Source: Candidatus Limnocylindria bacterium
GTDB taxonomy: Bacteria; Chloroflexota; Limnocylindria; QHBO01
DNA: 64,000 nt
Assembly (NCBI GenBank): GCA_038250515.1
Contig: JBBSCG010000004.1
Span: forward strand, 5,108 to 69,107
Direction: 5' to 3'
Shown piece by piece: positions 57,064 through 64,000 of this stretch. Under the pieces are notes generated by a model. That model saw only the letters and a list, made by a program, of their open reading frames with translations, was not told the DNA's origin and did no database searches. Positions within the stretch are counted from its first letter, which is position 1. Each line of letters starts with the position of its first letter. The position numbers were made by a program, and so were the translations under genes.

Positions 57064-57786
57064 CGCCGGCTGGGCGGCGGGTGCCAGGCCACGCGCGGGC
57101 GATGCGGCGGCGGGGGACTCCTGTGGTTGTCCCGAGAGTCCCGGATACGTCGGGCGCTCGATGAAGCCGACGCGATCAAGCGGGAAGTAGCGCAGCCAGG
57201 CGCGCCCGATGATCGCGTCACGGCCGATTGGTCCGAACACGCGCGAATCTTCGCTCTTCTCCCGGTTGTCGCCCATCACGAAGTAGCTGCCGTCGGGGAT
57301 CGTCCACGTGCTCTCAGGGTTCGGCCCGTGATTCTGGGTCGGCACCGGGCGGCCGTCGCCGGTTCGCGCAACGTACGGCTCCTCGATGTGCACCGTTTCG
57401 CCGTTCGGCGGCGTGACCAGGACGCGGCCGTTCTCCAGTCGGACCGTGTCGCCGGGCAGGCCGATGATGCGCTTGATGAACGGAATGCCGCCCTGCTCGT
57501 AGCCCGACGGCGGGTGAAAGACGATGACGTCGCCGAGCTGGTAGTCGCCGAAGCGCGGCGTCACCTTTTCGATCAGGACGTAGTCGCTCGGCGTGATGGT
57601 CGGCAACATCGACTCCTGCTGCACCTCGAACGGCTGCGCGACGAAGTTGTGGATCAGCAGGTAGATGACGAGGGTGAGGACAAGCGTTTCGATGATCTCG
57701 AAGGCGCAGCCGAAACCTCTGCGCGAGGGGCGCTCGCTGTCGGCGGGCGTGCCGTCGCTGCTGGTCTGGTTGGGGGCGTAGGTCAT
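56806..57786 (-). CDS. lepB: Signal peptidase I (C-terminus reads on into ndk)
   Basis: SMLPT, GDVIVF, IKRIIGLPGD, MGDNR..S.DSR.FG. Confidence 0.9.
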   Translation of the reverse strand: MTYAPNQTSSDGTPADSERPSRRGFGCAFEIIETLVLTLVIYLLIHNFVAQPFEVQQESMLPTITPSDYVLIEKVTPRFGDYQLGDVIVFHPPSGYEQGGIPFIKRIIGLPGDTVRLENGRVLVTPPNGETVHIEEPYVARTGDGRPVPTQNHGPNPESTWTIPDGSYFVMGDNREKSEDSRVFGPIGRDAIIGRAWLRYFPLDRVGFIERPTYPGLSGQPQESPAAASPARGLAPAAQPALVLGHDPGVHIPRVVEQLTALEPQAELLGRRFGRIRRMDQVAQRADAEIAADRAGVRLVGHGLADQAANGRDRIGPFEGEGGDRA

Positions 57787-57866
57787 CGGCGCTCCGTGGG
57801 GCGATGGGATGCGGGCGGCCGGTAGCATACCCCACGCCGGGCATCGGTCGAGGCTAGACTCCGGTC

Positions 57867-58547
57867 ATGGGCAGTCTCATCCTGGTCCGCCACTCGACGA
57901 CCGCCGCGAGTGCCAGTGGTCGCAACCTCGGGAGCCGGGACGATTCTCCGCTGGCGCCGGCCGGGGTCACGCTTGCGGACGGGCTCGCGGCGACGCTCGT
58001 CGCGGAGCTCATGGAGCTGCCACATGACTCGATCAGGCTGCTGAGCAGCCCCACTCAGCGCTGCCGCCAGACGATGGAACCGGTCGCCCGCTTACTGGGG
58101 ATTGACCCGAGCGCCGTCGAGGTGGAGCCCGGTCTGATCGAGCTTGACTACGGCGACTGGGACGGCCTGACCGCCGATGAGTGCCTGGAGCGCGACCCGG
58201 AGCTGCGTCGAGCGTGGATCGCCGACCCGTATCACATCCGCTGCCCGCAAGGCGAGAGCGGCGAGGACGCGGCGCGCCGCGCCTTCCCGGTCTTTCATGC
58301 GATTGAGGCGTGGCTCGCCGACGATCGCGCACGCTGCGCCATCGTGGTCGCGCACAACCACGTCAACCGTTTGCGCCTCACCGCCCTGCTGGCATGGCCC
58401 ATGCGTGACTACCGACGACGCGTCGTGCAGGATCCCGCCGGTTACAGCCTCATCAGCTACGGCGCCGGGCTGCCCGGCATGCGACGCATCAACGCACCGG
58501 CATCGCTGACTGTCCCGCTGGGGACTGAGCAAGCGCCGGCCGTATAA
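57867..58547 (+). CDS. Histidine phosphatase family protein
   Basis: LVRH, SSPTQRCRQT, ELDYGDWDG, GES, VVAH. Confidence 0.88.
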   Translation: MGSLILVRHSTTAASASGRNLGSRDDSPLAPAGVTLADGLAATLVAELMELPHDSIRLLSSPTQRCRQTMEPVARLLGIDPSAVEVEPGLIELDYGDWDGLTADECLERDPELRRAWIADPYHIRCPQGESGEDAARRAFPVFHAIEAWLADDRARCAIVVAHNHVNRLRLTALLAWPMRDYRRRVVQDPAGYSLISYGAGLPGMRRINAPASLTVPLGTEQAPAV

Positions 58548-58597
58548 TCGGTTCAAGCGGCTCTGCGCGGGGCCGATTCTTCCAGCCCTGAGGTGAC

Positions 58598-60013
58598 ATG
58601 TCGCTCGATCTCAAGCAGCAGATGCAGCCAGCGATGCATCTCAAGGTCACGCCCAAACAGATCGCCGCGAACTACATCCTGCAGATGAGCTCGATGGAGC
58701 TCCAGGAGGCGATCAGCCAGGAGCTCGACGAGAATCCTGCCCTCGAGATGGAGGAGCTGCAGAGCTGTCCCATCTGCGGCTCGCCGGTCGTCGGCAACTA
58801 CTGCACCGAGTGCATGCCGCGCAAGGCAAACGATGGCGATCCGGCCGATTCGGCGGTCGATGAGCTTCCCGCCGACTCCCAGCAGCGTCTCCGCGATGAG
58901 GCCGATGAGCTCGATCCGATCGCGCGCGCCGAGGCCGAGTTCACGTTGGAGGAGCACCTCACCTGGAATCTCTACGCGCTCCTTCCGACGGCACTGCACC
59001 CGGTAGCCGATTACGTCATCGGCGCACTCGACGGTAGCGGCTTCCTGACCGAAAGCGACGAGGCGATCGCTGCGGCCACCGGCGTCTCCATCGCCGACGT
59101 CGAGCAGGTGCTGGCCGCGATGCGCGGGCTCGAGCCGATCGGCATCGGCTCACGATCCATCACCGAGAGCCTGCTTGCGCAGATCGCCCACCTGCGCGAG
59201 ATCGACGACGAGGTGGCGGTGCCGGAGATCGCCGAAGCGGTCGTCCGCGATCATCTGCAGCGGCTCGGTGAGCGGAAGTTCCGCGAGATCGGACTGCAGC
59301 TTGGCGTCGACGGCAATGCCGTGGTGGCCACCTGGGAGTTCGTCAAGTCGAACCTGAACCCGTATCCGACCTCGGCCTTCACCGCGGCGGTGAGCGGCGG
59401 TGGGCCGCGCACCATCATCCGCCCCGACGTGTTCATCCGCGACACGGACAACGAGCTGCTGGTCGAGGTCGTCGAGTCGCGGCGCTTCAGCCTGCGGGTC
59501 ACGCCGATCTACTCGTCCCTCTCATCGCAGCTGCGCAGCGCCGAAGCAACGGAGGACGAGAAGCAGCACGTCCGCGACTACGTCGGCCGCGCCAAGTTCT
59601 TCATCGACAACATCAACCGGCGGCGAGCGACCATGCAGCGCATCGCCGAGTGCCTGTGCGACCGGCAGCGCGACTACCTGCTGCACGGCGTCCAGCACCT
59701 CGTGCCGCTGACGCGTGCCGAGGTGGGGGAGCTGATCGGAATGCACGAGTCGACCGTCAGCCGCGCCACCGCCGACAAGTTCGTGATGATTCCATCGGGC
59801 GAAGTGGTGCCGTTCAGCCACTTCTTCACCGCATCGCTCGGCATCAAGGATCAGATCCGCAAGATGATCGAGGCGGAGGATACCGGGAACCCCTATTCCG
59901 ACCAGGAGATCGCCGATCTGCTGCTCGGCGAAGGAGTGGCCATTGCCCGGCGCACCGTCGCCAAGTACCGCGACGAGCTGCAGATTCTGCCCGCGCGGCT
60001 GCGCCACAGGTAG
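58598..60013 (+). CDS. rpoN: RNA polymerase sigma54 factor
   Basis: Region I LQMSSMEL..ENPALE, HESTVSRA, RpoN box ARRTVAKYR. Confidence 0.95.
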   Translation: MSLDLKQQMQPAMHLKVTPKQIAANYILQMSSMELQEAISQELDENPALEMEELQSCPICGSPVVGNYCTECMPRKANDGDPADSAVDELPADSQQRLRDEADELDPIARAEAEFTLEEHLTWNLYALLPTALHPVADYVIGALDGSGFLTESDEAIAAATGVSIADVEQVLAAMRGLEPIGIGSRSITESLLAQIAHLREIDDEVAVPEIAEAVVRDHLQRLGERKFREIGLQLGVDGNAVVATWEFVKSNLNPYPTSAFTAAVSGGGPRTIIRPDVFIRDTDNELLVEVVESRRFSLRVTPIYSSLSSQLRSAEATEDEKQHVRDYVGRAKFFIDNINRRRATMQRIAECLCDRQRDYLLHGVQHLVPLTRAEVGELIGMHESTVSRATADKFVMIPSGEVVPFSHFFTASLGIKDQIRKMIEAEDTGNPYSDQEIADLLLGEGVAIARRTVAKYRDELQILPARLRHR

Positions 60014-60016
60014 GCC

Positions 60017-62110
60017 GTGCGGCGTGTGCTGCTCCGCAGCCTGGCGGTCTTCGCCGTCGGCGGGGCGCTGCTGGCAGGCATCCTTTACTACGCCAGCACG
60101 GTCGACTCGCGCCCTCCGGGGATCACCGGCTTCTCACTGAGTCAGCACCTCTCCGGCGATTCGGCGATCGCGCTGACCAGCACGAGCCTCGAGATCGACT
60201 TTTCCGAGCCCGTCGAGGAACCCAGCGCCGAAAAGGCGTTTCGCATCGATCCGGCGGTCCAGGGCTCCTACAGCTGGAGCGACAGCACCATGACCTTCAC
60301 GCCGCTCAGGGCGCTGCCCCCGACCACCCAGTTCAGCGCCCATCTCGAGCCGGGCGTTCGGGACGCCGCGGGCAACGAGATGACGCAGGCGTCGCAGGCG
60401 TTCTCGTTCACCACCGTCGGCGAACCCCAGGTGGTCGACAGCGAACCGGCGGCCGATGCGACGGACGTGTCACTCGACGCCTCGGTCAGCATCACCTTCT
60501 CGACCCTGATGGACACCTCCTCGGTGGCCGATGCGCTCAAGCTGTCGCCGCAGTTCGCGCACAAGCTGCGCTGGAACGGCGAGCGGCTGACGATCGTCCC
60601 CGACGGTCCGCTCGTCGCCAACCGGCAGTACACGCTGACGCTCGACCAGACCGCACGCGACCTGGGCGGCACGCGCCTTCAGCAGCCGTTCAGTCTGTCG
60701 TTCTCGACCGTCGAGTCGGGCCCTGTCGTCCGCATGCTCGTGCCGGCCGATGGCAGCGATGGGATAGCGGTCACCTCATCAATCGCGGTTGACTTCGACC
60801 GCGCGCTCGACCCCGGCAGCGTCAACAACGAGCTGCTGCAGATCAGCCCGGCCATCCCCGGCAGCCTCGAGGTGACCACCACGCCCGGTGCCGCCGGGCT
60901 GGCCTCCGCCGAGCGTCGCATGCTGCGGTTTCAGCCGTCCGGCCCGCTGCCGCCGAACACCACCTTTGCGGTGACGCTTGGCACGGGGCTGCGCGGCGCC
61001 GATGGTTCCCGCCTGGCCGCGCCGCTGACGTGGACCTTCCTGACCGGTGCGCCGATGGCGACGCTCGGCAACCAGATCGTGTACCTGTCTGATCGCTCCG
61101 GCGTGGCGAACCTGTGGGCCATGAACCCCGACGGCACCGGTCGACGACAGCTCTCGGCCGAACTCTCGCCGGTGGTCGACTACGCCGTCTCCCCCGACGG
61201 CCGCTCGTTCGTTGTTGGCGATGGCGAGCGGTTGATCGAGCAGCGAGCCGACGGCAGCGTGCGGCAGGTGCTGACCGACGAGGGGGTCCTCGAGTTCGAT
61301 CCGGCCTACTCGCCGAATGGCGCGCAGCTCGCCTTCGGTCGGGCGGATATGGCAACCGGCGCCGGGCAGGGGCTGTGGGTGCGCGACGTCGGCGGTGGGG
61401 ACGCCCACCGGCTCGAGCTGCCGCCCGAGCTGACGGCGAGCGCGACGCCCACGCCGAGCGCCAGCGCTGAGTCGCCGGACGGTGGGCTGCTCCGTGCGCC
61501 GCGCTATTCGCCCGACGGTCAGGCGCTGGCCTTCGTCGACGAACATGGCCGTGTCGATGTGCTCGAGCTGCCGGGCGCGCGATTGACGACGGCCCCATTT
61601 GCAGCGGTCGAGCCGCCGGTGTGGCTGACCGATTCGAGCGGCTTGCTGCTCAGCGGCCTGGCGCCGGACGATGTGACAGCGCCGTCACCGCCGGTCGCTG
61701 GTGAGCCCGTGCTGCCACTCGCGCTCGAGCGCGCCGGCCTCTCGCCGGCGGAGCGCGGGCAATTGCGGGTGGTGCGCCTCGATCGCGGCGCCGCCACAGT
61801 CGCCGCGACGGGTCTGCCGCCCGGCGTGGCGGGTCCGGCGGCTGACGCATCGGGCCGCGTGGCGTATCTGCTGCTGAACTCTGGCAGCACACATGGCGCT
61901 CCGTGGCTCGCGCCCCGCGGCGAGGGACCCGGCCGCAGCCTGCTGGTGAATGCACCGGTCAGCAGCGTCCGCTTCACGCCCGACCCCGACCGCCTGCTGC
62001 TGGCGACCGATATGGGAACCCAGGCCGGCGGCATCTGGCTGTTCAACATCGCCGACGGCATCACCGATCGGCTGGGCAATGAGGGCTGGATGCCGCGCTG
62101 GGTTCCGTGA
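60017..62110 (+). CDS. Membrane-anchored protein with three Big_5/SbsA Ig-like domains and a TolB/PD40 propeller
   Basis: N-terminal TM; repeats IDFSEPV/ITFSTLM/VDFDRAL...F.F.T; SPDG repeats. Confidence 0.8.
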   Translation: MRRVLLRSLAVFAVGGALLAGILYYASTVDSRPPGITGFSLSQHLSGDSAIALTSTSLEIDFSEPVEEPSAEKAFRIDPAVQGSYSWSDSTMTFTPLRALPPTTQFSAHLEPGVRDAAGNEMTQASQAFSFTTVGEPQVVDSEPAADATDVSLDASVSITFSTLMDTSSVADALKLSPQFAHKLRWNGERLTIVPDGPLVANRQYTLTLDQTARDLGGTRLQQPFSLSFSTVESGPVVRMLVPADGSDGIAVTSSIAVDFDRALDPGSVNNELLQISPAIPGSLEVTTTPGAAGLASAERRMLRFQPSGPLPPNTTFAVTLGTGLRGADGSRLAAPLTWTFLTGAPMATLGNQIVYLSDRSGVANLWAMNPDGTGRRQLSAELSPVVDYAVSPDGRSFVVGDGERLIEQRADGSVRQVLTDEGVLEFDPAYSPNGAQLAFGRADMATGAGQGLWVRDVGGGDAHRLELPPELTASATPTPSASAESPDGGLLRAPRYSPDGQALAFVDEHGRVDVLELPGARLTTAPFAAVEPPVWLTDSSGLLLSGLAPDDVTAPSPPVAGEPVLPLALERAGLSPAERGQLRVVRLDRGAATVAATGLPPGVAGPAADASGRVAYLLLNSGSTHGAPWLAPRGEGPGRSLLVNAPVSSVRFTPDPDRLLLATDMGTQAGGIWLFNIADGITDRLGNEGWMPRWVP

Positions 62111-62268
62111 CGAAGCCGCGCTTCTCGGTCGATGTGCCGCCAAAGTTGACCCGACCGCTCTCGGCGGGCTACCATTTCGGCCGCTTCGCTGGCGGACGCG
62201 GCTAGGGGCCCGTCGCCGGCGATTTCCGTGTGTCAGACCATTTGCCATCACCCCCTGTCGGAGGATCA

Positions 62269-64000
62269 ATGGAGCTCCCCATCATCTGGGTCATCCCGAT
62301 CGCCGGGATCGCGTCGATCATCTTCGCCGTCTGGCTGGCGTGGGGCGTCCTGCATGCCGACATCGGCACTCCAGCGATGCAGGAGATCGCCGAAATGATC
62401 TTCGAGGGCGCTGTCGCGTTCATTCGGCGTCAATACCAGACCATCGGCATCCTGGCGATCGCCGGTGCGGTGACCATCGGCCTGGTGATCGCGCTGGTCG
62501 AGGGCAAGCAGGTCGCCGACACCGACATCTACGGTCTGGACCTGGGGATCCGCACCGGTGTCGCGTTCCTGGTGGGTGCGGCGTGCTCGATGGCATCGGG
62601 CATCATCGGTATGTTCATCAGCGTCAAGTCGAACCTGCGCACCGCAGCAGCGGCGCGCCATAGCCTCGTCGGCGCGGTGCAGATCGCGATGCGCGGTGGC
62701 GCCGTTTCCGGCTTCCTGGTGGTCGCGCTGTCGCTGCTCGGGGTGTGGGGCATCTTCGCCGCGTATGGCGGCTTCACCCATCCCAACCAGGCGCCGTTCC
62801 TGATCGTTGGCTTTGGTTTCGGGGCGAGCTTCGTGGCCCTCTTCGCGCAGTTGGGCGGTGGCATCTACACCAAGGCGGCGGACGTCGGCTCGGACCTGGT
62901 CGGAAAGGTCGAGGCTGGCATCCCCGAGGACGATCCGCGCAACGCGGGCGTCGTCGCGGACCTGGTCGGCGATAACGTCGGCGACTGCGCCGGTCGTGGT
63001 GCGGACCTGTTCGAATCGACCGCGGCCGAGAACATCGGCGCGATGATCCTGGGCGTGGCGCTGTACACCATCGCCAGCACGTCGCATTGGCCCCATCCGG
63101 AGGCGTGGATCTTCTTCCCGCTGGTGGTGCGCGCGTTCGGCCTGCTGGCGACCATCGTGGCCATGTTCTTCGTCAACGGCCGCGAGGACGAAGATCCCAT
63201 GAACATCCTGAACCGTGGCTACTGGGTGACCACCATTCTCTCGGTGGTCGGTCTCGCTTTCACCACCTGGGTCATGATGGACACCGGCGGCCAGGTGGGT
63301 GCCAACGGCATCCCGCCGTGGCTCTTCTTCTTCGGCGCCGGGCTGGTCGGCCTGCTGACCAGCGTCGTGTTCGTCTACATCACGCAGTACTACACCGCCG
63401 GTGGCTGGCGGCCCGTCAAGGAGATCGCCGAGGCATCCAAGACCGGCCCCGCCACGAATATCATCTCGGGCATGGCGGTCGGCTTCGAGACCACCTTTGC
63501 GACGGCGATCACCATCGGCGTCGCGCTGCTGGCCAGCCACTGGTTCGGCACGCAGGCCCATCTTGAGATCGATGGCCGCGACGTGGGCGGGATCTTCGGC
63601 ACCGCGGTGGCGACCATGGGCATGCTCATGACCACGGCCTACATCCTGGCCATGGACACCTTCGGGCCGATCACCGACAACGCCGGCGGCATCGCCGAGT
63701 TCAGCAAGTCTGAGGTGAGCGCTCGCGAGATCACCGATCGCCTCGACGCGGTCGGCAACACGACCAAGGCGCTCACCAAGGGCTATGCCATCGCCTCGGC
63801 CAGCCTCGCCGCATTCCTGCTGTTCAGCGCCTACATCGACAAGGTCAACCTGATCCTCACCCGCCAGATCGAGGCGGGCACGCGCGCTGCGGGCACGCTG
63901 CTCACCTCCGTCGACCTGTCGAACGTGTCGGTGTTCGTCGCCGCGCTGATCGGCGCCATGCTCGTCTACTTCTTCTCGAGCCTGGCCATTCGTGCGGTCG
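62269..64000 (+). CDS. hppA: Membrane pyrophosphatase (K+-independent H+-PPase signature), truncated by the window end
   Basis: GGGIYTKAADVGSDLVGKVE, DNVGD, DNAGGIAE, GNTTKA. Confidence 0.95.
   Translation, partial: MELPIIWVIPIAGIASIIFAVWLAWGVLHADIGTPAMQEIAEMIFEGAVAFIRRQYQTIGILAIAGAVTIGLVIALVEGKQVADTDIYGLDLGIRTGVAFLVGAACSMASGIIGMFISVKSNLRTAAAARHSLVGAVQIAMRGGAVSGFLVVALSLLGVWGIFAAYGGFTHPNQAPFLIVGFGFGASFVALFAQLGGGIYTKAADVGSDLVGKVEAGIPEDDPRNAGVVADLVGDNVGDCAGRGADLFESTAAENIGAMILGVALYTIASTSHWPHPEAWIFFPLVVRAFGLLATIVAMFFVNGREDEDPMNILNRGYWVTTILSVVGLAFTTWVMMDTGGQVGANGIPPWLFFFGAGLVGLLTSVVFVYITQYYTAGGWRPVKEIAEASKTGPATNIISGMAVGFETTFATAITIGVALLASHWFGTQAHLEIDGRDVGGIFGTAVATMGMLMTTAYILAMDTFGPITDNAGGIAEFSKSEVSAREITDRLDAVGNTTKALTKGYAIASASLAAFLLFSAYIDKVNLILTRQIEAGTRAAGTLLTSVDLSNVSVFVAALIGAMLVYFFSSLAIRAV

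Noticed and set aside
1-64000. tRNA/rRNA, CRISPR, transposase/integrase, prophage or defence genes
   Set aside because: None recognisable by eye; dedicated scans were not run.

Overview
High-GC bacterial chromosome segment, most plausibly from Chloroflexota (Limnocylindria/Ellin6529-like). This is an inference from the mix of a T-box-controlled trp operon, a sigma54 with a CxxC..CxxC insert, actinobacterial-like accessory genes and many apparently leaderless genes. Most of the window is housekeeping or metabolic: trpD-trpCFB-trpA, an FTR1 iron permease, acyl-CoA catabolism, an Opu-type ABC importer, folE, coaX-coaBC, ndk, lepB, rpoN and hppA. I saw no rRNA, tRNA, CRISPR or transposase. The strongest candidate for a new system is the compositionally distinct six-gene cassette at about 280-5610. 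It encodes a Tat-exported peptide with a 10-cysteine core, a MauE/MauD-like disulfide-handling pair, a MacB/FtsX-type ABC transporter and a PadR regulator, with no MauB or MauG in the window. Other points of interest are a TrpC-TrpF-TrpB triple fusion, a GDH paralog and a PanC paralog with degenerate active sites, an MshC-like ligase, an isobutyryl-CoA mutase signature, a multi-module DNA-binding protein, sigma54-type promoters and three internally deleted pseudogenes. All calls come from reading motifs by eye; no database searches were run.
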